Shown piece after piece: positions 52,532 to 62,391 of a stretch of DNA of 64,000 nt. The notes under the pieces are model-generated. The model did not search any database, was not told where the DNA came from, and worked only from the letters and a program-made list of their open reading frames with translations. The DNA lies in assembly GCA_963829525.1 (NCBI GenBank), contig CAWHIJ010000003.1, positions 1,184,001-1,248,000 on the forward strand. The letters are read 5' to 3'. Every line of letters begins with the position of its first letter. The first letter of the stretch is position 1. The stretch is from an uncultured Actinomycetota bacterium (GTDB lineage Bacteria > Actinomycetota > Actinomycetes > JAHEKZ01). Made by a program: the position numbers and the translations under genes.

Positions 52532-53749
52532 TCAGCGGTTGGCGGCCGCGGCAGAGTCCCAGCGCAGATACACCAGGCTGGCGTCGTCCCGGAGTTCGCC
52601 ACCGTTGTGTTCGATGACGGACCGGACCACCCGACGCAGTACCTCGGCCGGGTCGCGCCCAGACATTGACTCCCGCTCAACGAAGTCGGTCAGTCGCTCC
52701 TCGCCGAACTCCTGCCCCTCCAGGTTCCGGCCATCGACGACCCCGTCGGTGTAGAACAGCAGCGAGTCGCCAGGCTGCAGCTTCACCTCGACGACGAACT
52801 TCTCCGTAAGCGTCGACAGGGACTGCAGCCCCAATGGAGTCGCGTGCCGGGCGCTGAGCTGCGGCAGTGCCTTCGACTCGCGAAGGACGACCGGATCGGG
52901 ATGTCCAGCCGATGCCCAACGTAGTTGTCCCGTCACCACATTCAACTGGGCCATCAGGGCCGTCACGAACGCTTCCCCATTGGAGACGTCGGCCACGATT
53001 CGGTCCACTTCCACCATCAGTTGCAGCACGCCAGCGCCGGCATGTTCGCGACGGGTGTTGCGGTAGGCCGACATCGCCATCACCCCCAGCGACGCGGAAT
53101 GCAGCCCGTGCCCCATTGCGTCAAACATGGCGACGTCGAGAACGTCGCCGTTGAAGCTGTAGTCGAAGGAGTCCCCGCCTACCTCGTAGGCAGGTTCCAT
53201 CAAGCCCGCGACGGTAGTGCCGTCGACGGTGAACGTCAGCGGAGGCAGCACGCCCCACTGGATCTCTGCAGCCAAGGACATCTGCTTGCGTCGACGTAGG
53301 TTCAGCAGCCCGTCGGTGTAGGCGTCGGCTGTACGCACCACGTGACCGGCTGCCATTCCTAGTTCGATGCAGAACTCCTCAACGGAGTCGTCCCACGTCG
53401 GCAGGGTCATGGACAGCACGCCGAGCTTCTGGGCGCGCTCGGCGACCAGGACCCAGACTTGCCAGCTGTCCTCACGCTCGGCAGCGAGTGGAGTTCCCGA
53501 CTGAAACACCCGGCCCGCCATCGAGCCGTCGAGCGTGAGAGCCTCCAAGTTCTCTCCAGTCGAAAGCCCGTCCGGGAGCGGAGTCAGCCGGGAATGGTCG
53601 TAATCGATGAGATAGAGCACGACGTCGAAGCCACCCAACTCGGCCACTGTCATCGCGAGGGTCTGAACGATCTGCTGGGGGTCGGCCTGCTGAACCAGGC
53701 GCAGTAGCCGCCCCAGCGGGCGGCCGTGGAGGCCGAGCCGGTCCGCCAT
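52532..53749 (-). CDS. SpoIIE/RsbU-like PP2C phosphatase with N-terminal GAF-like domain
   Basis: EPAYEVGGDSFD, DAMGHG, SAGHP, YTDG, LRDDA. Confidence 0.92.
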   Translation of the reverse strand: MADRLGLHGRPLGRLLRLVQQADPQQIVQTLAMTVAELGGFDVVLYLIDYDHSRLTPLPDGLSTGENLEALTLDGSMAGRVFQSGTPLAAEREDSWQVWVLVAERAQKLGVLSMTLPTWDDSVEEFCIELGMAAGHVVRTADAYTDGLLNLRRRKQMSLAAEIQWGVLPPLTFTVDGTTVAGLMEPAYEVGGDSFDYSFNGDVLDVAMFDAMGHGLHSASLGVMAMSAYRNTRREHAGAGVLQLMVEVDRIVADVSNGEAFVTALMAQLNVVTGQLRWASAGHPDPVVLRESKALPQLSARHATPLGLQSLSTLTEKFVVEVKLQPGDSLLFYTDGVVDGRNLEGQEFGEERLTDFVERESMSGRDPAEVLRRVVRSVIEHNGGELRDDASLVYLRWDSAAAANR

Positions 53750-53880
53750 GCGTTTCCCTACTGGTCGCTGAGACCCCGCGCCACCGCGGGACACTGGCAG
53801 CCTACGCATGCCCTCGGCAACACTACTGTGGTACTTCGACGCGCAGGGTTCAGCGGGATGCTCGTTCATCGGAGGTGCTC

Positions 53881-54345
53881 GTGTCGCTTGTTGTCGACTT
53901 CCAGGACGTTTCCACCGAAGGACTGGAGACGTCCCCGGTGGCGGAGTCGCTGGCTGGACTGAGAGCCAATGAGGCTCGCTACTTCAAGAACAAGTATGAC
54001 CACGTCTTCACGGTCGAGCCTGCGAGCGAGGCCAGCGGGACTGTTGGATGGGTGAGCAGCATCCTCAAGGATGAGCGCGACATCGTCATCGCATCTGTCC
54101 CTTTGGAGGCGACAGAGTTCGTCGCGGCAGGCACGCGCTTCGCCTACGTTTTCTATGAGTCGGGCCTATCTATCAACGTGATGTACGGGTTGGATGAGGG
54201 GAGCAAGCGCGCAGTCGGGTTCAAGTTGTCCGAAGGTATGGACGTTCCCGAGGAGCTCGCATCCCGGTTCAAGTTCGCGAAGCAGAAGTCGAAGTTGGCC
54301 GGATCAATCCGAGGCTCCTACTTCGTGATCAAGGGCGAGCACTGA
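53881..54345 (+). CDS. Conserved hypothetical protein
   Basis: GGAGG RBS then GTG; motifs LAGLRANEARYF, YVFYESGL, KRAVGFKLS. Confidence 0.8.
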   Translation: MSLVVDFQDVSTEGLETSPVAESLAGLRANEARYFKNKYDHVFTVEPASEASGTVGWVSSILKDERDIVIASVPLEATEFVAAGTRFAYVFYESGLSINVMYGLDEGSKRAVGFKLSEGMDVPEELASRFKFAKQKSKLAGSIRGSYFVIKGEH

Positions 54346-54436
54346 CTCGCGCCTCGGCTGCCTCGGAGTGGCGGCCAAAGGGGAAAGGTGTGCGCTGAGG
54401 GTCGCGCTTTGACCGCTCACCCTTGAGGAGAGGAAA

Positions 54437-54814
54437 GTGGCGAGCATGACGACAGACCCTTCCTCCCCGCGAGACGACGAGGGACCATCCCAGACGGGTC
54501 CAGCCGAGGCAGGTCCAGCCGAGGCAGGCGCACCGCCCCCGCGGCGCCCGCAAAGATTCACCCGGGCCAGCGCCACCTGGATGGCCACCAGCGCCGCCCT
54601 TCTGTTGCTGGTCTTGCTCATCGTCTTCATGCTCCAGAACACGACGAAGGTCGAGGTTCGTTTCCTTGGACTGTCTGGAACCATCCCCCTCGGAATGGCT
54701 TTGCTGATCGCCGCAGTGGGCGGCGGTGTGGTGGTCGCCATTGCCGGGATTGGTCGGGTCACGCAGTTGCGTTTCAACGCTCGGCGCACGCGAAAGAACG
54801 CGTCAACGAACTGA
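54437..54814 (+). CDS. LapA (DUF1049) family membrane protein
   Basis: LLIVFMLQNT...V.FL...PLG.ALL, 2 TM, basic tail. Confidence 0.88.
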   Translation: MASMTTDPSSPRDDEGPSQTGPAEAGPAEAGAPPPRRPQRFTRASATWMATSAALLLLVLLIVFMLQNTTKVEVRFLGLSGTIPLGMALLIAAVGGGVVVAIAGIGRVTQLRFNARRTRKNASTN

Positions 54815-54832
54815 AGGGGTTTCGGCCCCTTC
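54813..54832. terminator. Hairpin after the lapA-like gene
   Basis: GAAGGGGT-TTCG-GCCCCTTC. Confidence 0.6.
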
Positions 54833-54872
54833 CCGCTCGGTGCCCTCGCCAACCTGCGCCTGAAGGTTCGCG

Positions 54873-55796
54873 TCAGTCTGAGACCGCGATGACCAGCTTG
54901 CCTCTCACGTGGCCTTCGCGACTACGCGCGAATGCGGCAGGGAGTTCCTCGAGCGGAAGGACGTCGGTGACGGGGACGCGCAGTTGCCCAGCGTCCGCGA
55001 TCTGGCCGAGTTGGGCGAGGCCCTCGGCCGATGGCCGCACCCAGAACCACGAGCCTCCGGTCTCGAGCACTGACGCGTCGGCGATGGAGGCGTGTCGCCC
55101 ACCTTCAGCAAGCACGGCCATCGTTACGTCACGGACCCCACCCACGAAATCGGTGATGACGTCCACGCCGTCGGGCGCGACAGCGCGGATGCGCTCCACG
55201 GCACCGTCCCCGTAAGCGACCGGTGTGGCTCCGAGGTCGGTGAGGAACTCGTGGTTGGCGTGCGACGCCGTGGCTATTACCCGGGCGCCACGCGCTTTGG
55301 CAATCTGGACGGCCAGAGCGCCGACACCGCCGGCGCCGCCCTGAACGAGAACGGTGTCGGAGGAAGTGACGACCAGCCGGTCGAGGGTCTGTAGCGCGGT
55401 GAGCCCGGTGAGCGGGAGACCGCCGGCCTCGTCCCAGCTGAGCGCCGCGGACTTGTGGGCCACGCCGCGAACGCTCATGGTCACGAGTTCGGCGAAGGTG
55501 CCCCCGTGAACGACGTCCTTGCGTGCGTAGGCCACGACCTCGTCACCGACCTCGAACTCCGGGGTGTCGATGCCGACTGACTCGACCGTGCCGGCAACGT
55601 CCCAGCCGGGGACAACGGGGAAGACTGCGTCCATCAGGCCGTCCAGCCCACCGGACATCACCTTCCAATCAACCGGGTTCACCCCTGCGCGCGTTACCCG
55701 AATGCGAACCTCGCCTGGACCCACTTTGGGGTCAGGGAGTTCTCGCAGCCTCAGTACCTCGTCGGATCCGTACGTGTCGTAAGCCATGCCTCTCAT
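54873..55796 (-). CDS. NADP-dependent oxidoreductase (quinone-reductase type MDR)
   Basis: GVNPVDWK, PGWDVAG, GGAGGVG, GKLVI. Confidence 0.93.
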   Translation of the reverse strand: MRGMAYDTYGSDEVLRLRELPDPKVGPGEVRIRVTRAGVNPVDWKVMSGGLDGLMDAVFPVVPGWDVAGTVESVGIDTPEFEVGDEVVAYARKDVVHGGTFAELVTMSVRGVAHKSAALSWDEAGGLPLTGLTALQTLDRLVVTSSDTVLVQGGAGGVGALAVQIAKARGARVIATASHANHEFLTDLGATPVAYGDGAVERIRAVAPDGVDVITDFVGGVRDVTMAVLAEGGRHASIADASVLETGGSWFWVRPSAEGLAQLGQIADAGQLRVPVTDVLPLEELPAAFARSREGHVRGKLVIAVSD

Positions 55797-55904
55797 GCCT
55801 CGACGCTATCGCGGAGTGGGTGTGCGGCGATCAGCGTGAAAGGCCGGCCCTGGGCGTCGGGAGGCCCGACCGAAATCAGCGTCGAGGCGCGATTGCTCCT
55901 GCAC

Positions 55905-56447
55905 CTATCGGAGGACGCGGTAAGTGGCGAGAAGGTGCCCGCTAGGCGAGTGCTCAGCGCTGATCAGCTCGAGTCGACTCGCCGGCACACCGTCGAGCAA
56001 CCGTCGACCGGCGCCTGCGATGGTCGGTGCAATCACGAGTTTCAGCTCGTCGATCAGACCCGCGCCGACCATGGACTGAGCGACCGAAATGCTGGCATGC
56101 ACGCCGATCTCGGCTCCGGGCTCAGTTCTTAGGTTCTCGATGAACTCGGCCAGGCCGCCGTCGATCCGGGTCGCATTAGCCCAGTCGGACTCCAAGGGTG
56201 AGGAGGTCGCGACATACTTCTGCACGCCGTTGATGAACGACGCAAACGGCTCGATGTCACTCGTTGGCCAGAACCGCGCCCATTCCTCGAAGCTGCCGCG
56301 ACCGAGGATCACCGCGTCCTGCTTGGCGATAACGGCGGCCAGGTGGGCGTCCATTGCCGCGTCCCATTCGTGGATGAACGAGTCAGGATCCTCGGCGACC
56401 CCGTCGAGAGACAGCAACTCATAGACGACAACCTTGCGCACGTTCAT
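55905..56447 (-). CDS. Dihydrofolate reductase / RibD C-terminal family protein
   Basis: LSLDG, LGR.SF, KYVATS, LIDELKL.IAP...GAGRRL. Confidence 0.9.
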   Translation of the reverse strand: MNVRKVVVYELLSLDGVAEDPDSFIHEWDAAMDAHLAAVIAKQDAVILGRGSFEEWARFWPTSDIEPFASFINGVQKYVATSSPLESDWANATRIDGGLAEFIENLRTEPGAEIGVHASISVAQSMVGAGLIDELKLVIAPTIAGAGRRLLDGVPASRLELISAEHSPSGHLLATYRVLR

Positions 56448-56571
56448 CCTTTCGTCGTGACGGAATCTCGGGGTCGGGGCTGTCTACCCTCATTGTCGAT
56501 CGTCAATCATCGCTAGGGCATGCGAGGGGCACGGCGGAGCCCTTGATGGCTGCCGGCTGGGGGTGCGGATC

Positions 56572-56862
56572 TCAGGACCAGTAAGGGTCTCGACGATGGT
56601 CGACGTCAAGGACGATCACGCGGTGGTTTGCCTCGTCAATGCGGTAGCGGACTCGGTACTCGCCGCGGCGGGCGCGCCACAGGCCTTCGAAGGGTGCCCG
56701 CAGCGGAACCCCTACGACCCGCGGTCGTCGACCGAGTGGCCCGCTAATGAACTCCCACGCTGCGAAGGCCGCGGCAGAAGGAAGCGTCTCGGTGAGTGCT
56801 CGACGCTCCAAAGGTGCGAGAACGACGGCGTACGGGGCATCGTCTGGACGCTCAGCTGTCAC
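56572..56862 (-). CDS. RelE/ParE-family toxin
   Basis: ARRGEYRVRYRID...V.DVDHRRDPY. Confidence 0.9.
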   Translation of the reverse strand: MTAERPDDAPYAVVLAPLERRALTETLPSAAAFAAWEFISGPLGRRPRVVGVPLRAPFEGLWRARRGEYRVRYRIDEANHRVIVLDVDHRRDPYWS

Positions 56863-57145
56863 GGTGCTCGAGCAACCGCCGTTCGTCCATCAGCAGCGAC
56901 AGTTCCACCGCGGTGGTCACGTCGGCGACCGCAACGGCAGCATCAGCGGCGCGAATCCGTTCCATCGCCGCGTGGTCTCTCAGGAGCTCGATGGTGGCCT
57001 CGAGGGACTCCAGGTCTTCAGCCGAGAGCAGCACCACGTACTGGCGGCCATTCCGGGTTACTTGGACGCGCTCGTGCGTTCGATCGACCTCGTCGGCGAT
57101 CTCCGAGAGGCGCGCCTTGACCTCAGACAGGGGCAGGGTAGTCAT
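56852..57145 (-). CDS. Phd/YefM-family antitoxin
   Basis: LSEVKARLSEI...VTRNGR...LESLEATIELL; overlaps the toxin start. Confidence 0.92.
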   Translation of the reverse strand: MTTLPLSEVKARLSEIADEVDRTHERVQVTRNGRQYVVLLSAEDLESLEATIELLRDHAAMERIRAADAAVAVADVTTAVELSLLMDERRLLEHRDS

Positions 57146-57163
57146 AGACTAGAATAGTAGTCT
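57146..57163. promoter_or_regulatory. TA operator palindrome over a leaderless promoter
   Basis: AGACTA-GAATAG-TAGTCT abuts the antitoxin ATG; minus-strand TATTCT -10 candidate. Confidence 0.6.
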
Positions 57164-57396
57164 GCGAGGAAGGCAAGGGCAACTGTCTAGGAGCAATGGT
57201 GGGCCGACTCATCGCGCGACCGGCTGCAGGTCTGGTCACACGCCCGCCGCAAAAAGGTGTGCGTGGATGGCGGCAACATCCCGGATCGCCGAAAGGTCGT
57301 CGTCAGGTTCTTCCCACCCAGGGCACGACTGGGGCACGCGCAGCTGCGTCCAGTGGCCGCCGAGATGGCACTCCAGGCGTGACCTGGGGTGGTACC

Positions 57397-57470
57397 TGGA
57401 GCGGGTGACCGGGATCGAACCGGCATGGCCAGCTTGGAAGGCTGGGGCTCTACCATTGAGCTACACCCGC
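57397..57470 (-). tRNA. tRNA-Gly (TCC)
   Basis: GCGGGTGTAGCTCAATGGTAGAGCCCCAGCCTTCCAAGCTGGCCATGCCGGTTCGATCCCGGTCACCCGCTCCA; full cloverleaf, CCA encoded. Confidence 0.97.
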
Positions 57471-57532
57471 GATGCCACCGATCGACCGACGTTCGGTGCT
57501 CAGAGGCCGGCGTCTAGACTAGCCGCTCGCGA

Positions 57533-57605
57533 CGGGGCGTAGCGTAGTGGCTAGCGCGCCTGCTTTGGGAGCAGGAGATCGGGAGTTCGAGTCTCCCCGC
57601 CCCGA
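57533..57605 (+). tRNA. tRNA-Pro (TGG)
   Basis: CGGGGCG acceptor stem, CCTGC-TTTGGGA-GCAGG anticodon arm, GGGAG-TTCGAGT-CTCCC T-arm; CCA not encoded. Confidence 0.96.
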
Positions 57606-57676
57606 CCCCCACAAGACCGACCGGTCTCTGTGACATCACCCGGCGCCGCCCGGGCGAACGAGGAGTATCCAGGCAC

Positions 57677-59023
57677 GTGAAGAGTGACGTCGAGACCCTG
57701 AGCCCGACCCGAGTTCGGCTATCTGTCGAGGTCCCGTTCGACGAGCTGAAGCCCAGCGTCGACTCGGCCTACAAGAAGATCGCCGCACAGATCACCATCC
57801 CTGGGTTCCGTAAGGGCAAGGTGCCTGCCAGTCTCATTGACCAGCGCGTCGGACGCGGTGCTGTGCTCGACGAGGCCGTCAACGAGGCGCTGCCGCGCGC
57901 CTACGGCGATGCCGTGACCGAGAACGACCTCAAGGTGCTCGGGCAGCCCGACGTCGAGATTGGCGAGTTCTCCGATGGCGTCGCTCTGACGTTCACCGCT
58001 GAGGTCGACGTCCGACCCGAGATCGAGTTGCCCGACTTCGCGACGCTCGAAGTCGAGGTCGAGGTGGCCGAGGTCGCGGCCGACGACATCGACGCCCAGC
58101 TCGACGAGCTGCGCCAGCGCTTCGCGACGCTCAAGCCGGTCGATCGGGGGACCACCTCCGGTGACCTGCTTTCGCTCACGTTGGTGTCCACCAAAGACGG
58201 CGAGCCGGTCGAGGATCTCTCGGCAGCTGGACTGACGTACGAAGCCGGCAGTGAAGGGCTCCTTCCAGGCCTCGACGAAGCGATCGAGGGCTTGAAGGAA
58301 GGTGAGGACGCCACCTTCACCGTGACCCCCGAGACCGGTGAGCACGAGGGCCAGGAGGTCGAAGTCACCGTCACCGTCGTCTCGGTCCGCGAGCGTGAGC
58401 TCCCTGACGTCGATGACGACTTCGCCCAGACAGTCAGCGAGTTCGACACCCTCGAAGAGCTCCGCGACGCGGTTCGCAGCGAGCTGGAGCCTCGCAAGAA
58501 GGTGGAGCAGTTAATGGCTGCCCGCGATGCCGTGTTGGCGGCGCTGATCGAGGCGGTCGACGTGCCGCTTCCGGAGGGCGTCGTCGCGAGCACGTTGGCC
58601 GACCATTTCGGGGACGGTCACGGTGACGAAGACCACAAGGCTGAGTTCGAGACCCAGGTTCGCGAGTCGCTGACGCGTGACCTCGTGCTGGACACCCTGG
58701 CCGATCGGGACGACGTCGAGGTCACCCAGGCTGAGATCACCGAGTACCTCATTCGGCAGGCGCCGCAGTACGGAATGACTCCTGATCAGTTCGCCCAGGC
58801 CGTCGCCCAAGCTGGCCAGGTTGGTGCAATCGTCGGCGATGTACGCCGCTCGAAGGCGCTTTCGGTCGTGCTCGAGTCAGCGACCGTTCGTGACTCGGCA
58901 GGCGCGATCGTCGAGCTCTCCGCTACCTCGGAGGACATCGTCGAGGCCATCGAGGCTCAGGACGCCGAAGGAAGCGACGAGGCCGAGCCGACAGCGAACA
59001 CCCCGGCTGATCAGCAGCAGTAG
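57677..59023 (+). CDS. tig: Trigger factor
   Basis: [20 protein letters not shown]; tRNA-tig-clpP synteny. Confidence 0.96.
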   Translation: MKSDVETLSPTRVRLSVEVPFDELKPSVDSAYKKIAAQITIPGFRKGKVPASLIDQRVGRGAVLDEAVNEALPRAYGDAVTENDLKVLGQPDVEIGEFSDGVALTFTAEVDVRPEIELPDFATLEVEVEVAEVAADDIDAQLDELRQRFATLKPVDRGTTSGDLLSLTLVSTKDGEPVEDLSAAGLTYEAGSEGLLPGLDEAIEGLKEGEDATFTVTPETGEHEGQEVEVTVTVVSVRERELPDVDDDFAQTVSEFDTLEELRDAVRSELEPRKKVEQLMAARDAVLAALIEAVDVPLPEGVVASTLADHFGDGHGDEDHKAEFETQVRESLTRDLVLDTLADRDDVEVTQAEITEYLIRQAPQYGMTPDQFAQAVAQAGQVGAIVGDVRRSKALSVVLESATVRDSAGAIVELSATSEDIVEAIEAQDAEGSDEAEPTANTPADQQQ

Positions 59024-59062
59024 CTGCCGACCCCCTTTCATCCGACAGCGAACACCCCGGCT
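58988..59062 (+). repeat. 21-bp direct repeat (58988-59008 and 59042-59062)
   Basis: CCGACAGCGAACACCCCGGCT twice, exact. Confidence 0.9.
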
Positions 59063-59129
59063 CTTCGGATGGCGCTGGCGTGTTCCGACGTTAGGGTCGA
59101 TGTACGTCCTTGATGTGAAAGGTGGACTC

Positions 59130-59789
59130 GTGACCGACAGCGCGACGACCGGCCATCCTCTGCTGCTCCCGGGGTCGTCTGATCCTGTGGCGCGGGCTCC
59201 GCAGTCCCAGCCCACCGGGTTCGACGACTCCGTCTACCAGCGCCTGCTGCGCGAGCGGATCATCTTCCTCGGCTCGCAGGTCGAGGACACCATCGCCAAC
59301 GCCCTCTCGGCGCAGATGCTTCTGCTCGCAGCTGAGGACCCCGAGAAAGACATCTACCTCTACATCAACTCCCCGGGTGGATCGGTCTCTGCGGGTATGG
59401 CCATCTACGACACGATGCAGTTCGTCCCGTGCGACGTTGCGACCGTCGCGATGGGCCTGGCGGCTTCGATGGGACAGTTCTTGCTCTGCGCCGGCGCCGA
59501 AGGCAAGCGCTACGCCCTTCCGCACGCGCGAATCATGATGCACCAGCCATCCGGTGGCATCGGAGGAACCGCGTCCGACATCAAGATCCAGGCCGAGCAG
59601 ATGCTGTACACGAAGAAGAAGATGGCCGAGCTGATCGCGACGCACACTGGTCAGCCGCTGGACGCCATTGAGTCTGACTCAGACCGCGACCGCTGGTTCA
59701 CCGCCGACGAGGCCAAAGAGTACGGCTTCGTCGACCATGTCGTCAGCCAGGCGCGCGACGTCGCCGGCAGCGGCGGAACGAACGCCTGA
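59130..59789 (+). CDS. clpP1: ATP-dependent Clp protease proteolytic subunit 1
   Basis: [23 protein letters not shown]; start chosen at GTG 59130. Confidence 0.95.
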   Translation: MTDSATTGHPLLLPGSSDPVARAPQSQPTGFDDSVYQRLLRERIIFLGSQVEDTIANALSAQMLLLAAEDPEKDIYLYINSPGGSVSAGMAIYDTMQFVPCDVATVAMGLAASMGQFLLCAGAEGKRYALPHARIMMHQPSGGIGGTASDIKIQAEQMLYTKKKMAELIATHTGQPLDAIESDSDRDRWFTADEAKEYGFVDHVVSQARDVAGSGGTNA

Positions 59790-59845
59790 CCTCCCGCCCA
59801 TCCACGCGCCGGACCGACTCGACTTCGACGGAAGGACCCACCACC

Positions 59846-60517
59846 GTGAGCACCCCCAGCAGACTCTGGAGCGCCAGCCCCACAGTCGGCGACGCCATCG
59901 GAGCTACCCCTCAGGCGCGCTACATCCTTCCGGAGTTCCGCGAGCGCACCGCCCAGGGCGAGCGCTTGCACAACCCGTACACCAAGCTGTTTGAAGAGCG
60001 GATCATTTTCCTCGGTGTACAGATCGACGACGCGTCAGCTGACGACGTGATGGCGCAGCTGCTCTGCCTCGAGTCGATGGACCCCGACCGCGACATCTCC
60101 ATCTACATCAACTCCCCAGGTGGCTCCTACACCGCAATGACGGCGATCTACGACACGATGCAGTTCATCAAGCCGCACGTGCATACCGTCTGTCTCGGGC
60201 AGGCAGCGTCTGCCGCGGCAGTGCTGCTGGCAGCCGGGAGCGCCGGCAAGCGTTCAGCCCTGCCGCACTCTCGCATCCTCATTCACCAGCCCTACACCGA
60301 GGGCGGCGGCCAGGGTTCTGACATCGAGATCCAGGCGAACGAGATCTTGCGCATGCGTTTGGAGATGGAAGGCATTCTGGCTCAGCACACGGGCAAGACC
60401 CCCGAGGATGTGCGCCAAGACATCGAGCGAGACAAGATCCTCACCGCGGAGGACGCCAAGGCCTATGGCATCGTCGACCAGGTCATCAGCAGCCGCAAGA
60501 GCGCCGTATCACTCTGA
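59846..60517 (+). CDS. clpP2: ATP-dependent Clp protease proteolytic subunit 2
   Basis: [35 protein letters not shown]. Confidence 0.96.
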   Translation: MSTPSRLWSASPTVGDAIGATPQARYILPEFRERTAQGERLHNPYTKLFEERIIFLGVQIDDASADDVMAQLLCLESMDPDRDISIYINSPGGSYTAMTAIYDTMQFIKPHVHTVCLGQAASAAAVLLAAGSAGKRSALPHSRILIHQPYTEGGGQGSDIEIQANEILRMRLEMEGILAQHTGKTPEDVRQDIERDKILTAEDAKAYGIVDQVISSRKSAVSL

Positions 60518-60661
60518 TCAGAGGCTGATCGGGCGACTCGCCCGGCCGCACAGCAGGTAAACAGGCCTGCCAGGGGGTACCGTCGTCTGATGCGACGCCC
60601 CGCGGGACGCCAGCATAGTTGATGACGTCAGGTCCGAAGCCGGCCGGAGTAAGGGAGTCAC

Positions 60662-61942
60662 GTGGCACGCATCGGTGAGAGCGGCGACCTGCTCAAGTGC
60701 TCGTTCTGCGGGAAGAGCCAGAAGCAGGTCAAGAAGCTCATTGCTGGTCCCGGCGTCTACATCTGCGACGAGTGCATCGACCTCTGCAACGAGATCATCG
60801 AAGAAGAGCTTTCCGAGTCGACTGAGGTCACGTTCGACGAGCTGCCCAAACCTCGGGAGATCTACGACTTCCTCGGCGAGTACGTGATTGGCCAGGACAC
60901 CGCGAAGAAGGCGCTCGCCGTCGCGGTCTACAACCACTACAAGCGGCTACGCGCCGGCGAGACTGGCCGCAAGGGCGACGACTCTGTCGAGCTGGCCAAG
61001 TCGAACATCTTGTTGCTCGGGCCTACGGGCTGCGGCAAGACGTTGCTGGCGCAGACGCTCGCCAGGATGCTCAACGTGCCGTTCGCCATCGCCGACGCTA
61101 CGGCACTCACTGAAGCGGGCTACGTCGGTGAGGACGTCGAGAACATCCTGCTGAAGCTGATCCAGGCCGCTGACTACGACGTCAAGAAGGCCGAGCAGGG
61201 GATCATCTACATCGACGAGATCGACAAGATCGCCCGCAAGAGCGAGAACCCGTCAATCACTCGCGACGTCTCAGGTGAAGGTGTGCAGCAAGCGCTACTG
61301 AAGATCCTTGAGGGCACGACGGCATCTGTTCCACCCCAAGGCGGCCGCAAGCACCCGCACCAGGAGTTCATCCAGATCGATACCACCAACGTGCTCTTCA
61401 TCGTCGGTGGGGCGTTCGACGGCCTCGAGCACATCATCAACCAGCGCGTTGGCAAGAAGGGGATCGGCTTCGGCGGCGAGATCGAGGGCAAGGCCGAGCG
61501 CGATGCCAAGGACATCTTCGGTGAGGTCAAGCCCGAGGATCTCGGCAAGTTCGGGATGATCCCCGAGTTCGTTGGCCGCCTTCCGGTGCTGACCGCTGTG
61601 CAGCGGCTGCAGCCCGAAGACATCCAGCAGATCCTGACCGAGCCGAAGAACGCGCTCGTCAAGCAGTACGTCAAGCTCTTCGAGCTTGACGATGTCGAGC
61701 TGGAGTTCACCGAGGATGCCCTCGAGGCGATCGCCGAACAGGCGATCATGCGGGGCACCGGCGCGCGCGGGCTACGCGCCATCCTCGAAGAGGTGCTGCT
61801 CGCGGTGATGTACGAGGTGCCCAGTCGGCAAGATGTTGCGCGCGTCGTCATCACTCGCGATGTCGTCCTCGAGCACGTCTACCCGACGCTCGTCCAGCGT
61901 GAGAAAGAGTCCAAGCGCGAGCGGCGAGAGAAGTCGGCCTAG
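60662..61942 (+). CDS. clpX: ATP-dependent Clp protease ATP-binding subunit
   Basis: CSFC...CDEC zinc finger, [22 protein letters not shown] loop. Confidence 0.98.
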   Translation: MARIGESGDLLKCSFCGKSQKQVKKLIAGPGVYICDECIDLCNEIIEEELSESTEVTFDELPKPREIYDFLGEYVIGQDTAKKALAVAVYNHYKRLRAGETGRKGDDSVELAKSNILLLGPTGCGKTLLAQTLARMLNVPFAIADATALTEAGYVGEDVENILLKLIQAADYDVKKAEQGIIYIDEIDKIARKSENPSITRDVSGEGVQQALLKILEGTTASVPPQGGRKHPHQEFIQIDTTNVLFIVGGAFDGLEHIINQRVGKKGIGFGGEIEGKAERDAKDIFGEVKPEDLGKFGMIPEFVGRLPVLTAVQRLQPEDIQQILTEPKNALVKQYVKLFELDDVELEFTEDALEAIAEQAIMRGTGARGLRAILEEVLLAVMYEVPSRQDVARVVITRDVVLEHVYPTLVQREKESKRERREKSA

Positions 61943-62013
61943 GTCGTTCACGATAGGCTGCTCAGCCGGCGAGAGTGCCGGCAAAGGCCTCCCAGGAGAG
62001 CACGACCGGCCTC

Positions 62014-62093
62014 ACCGCATGGAATCCGCCACTGGCGGATTCAGTGCGCTTTATGGCCGTCCACGCGTCGCGAACCGCATGAAATCCGCCACT
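62014..62093. repeat. REP-like palindromic repeat cluster
   Basis: ACCGCATG(G/A)AATCCGCCACT at 62014-62033 and 62074-62093, with an inverted partial copy TGGCGGATTCAGTGCG between them. Confidence 0.7.
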
Positions 62094-62116
62094 CGGACGT
62101 GGTGACTGGGCGCCCA

Positions 62117-62322
62117 CTAGTTCTCGATGGTGTCGCGGATCTGCTGAGCAATCGCCGCCGGGTCTGCATCCTTCGGGGACATGGCGAAGACGCCCAAGGT
62201 GTCGTCACTGATCCACGCACACGTGCCGCCAAGGGAAGCGTGATGCAGGGCAACGGTGCCGGCTTGATAGAGCCACCGAAGAAGTCGTCGTTGCCGTTCA
62301 TGGCGTTCCCGATCTGGCGCAC
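62117..62322 (-). pseudogene. Possible gene remnant
   Basis: Minus-strand frame ...SLGGTCAWISDDTLGVFAMSPKDADPAAIAQQIRDTIEN* is protein-like but lacks a clean start. Confidence 0.35.
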
Positions 62323-62391
62323 GGCCGCGCCTTCCCCATCAAGATCGACACGGCGGGCTCGGCCCTTGAGGTCGCACGACGCGGTGAAGCG

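Noticed and set aside
54497-54528. 15-bp tandem repeat GGTCCAGCCGAGGCA x2
   Set aside because: In-frame GPAEA duplication in a disordered N-terminus; ordinary slippage.
56470-56480. 11-bp inverted match to the tRNA-Pro 3' end as a possible att site
   Set aside because: Short, almost all G/C and in the wrong orientation; compatible with chance.
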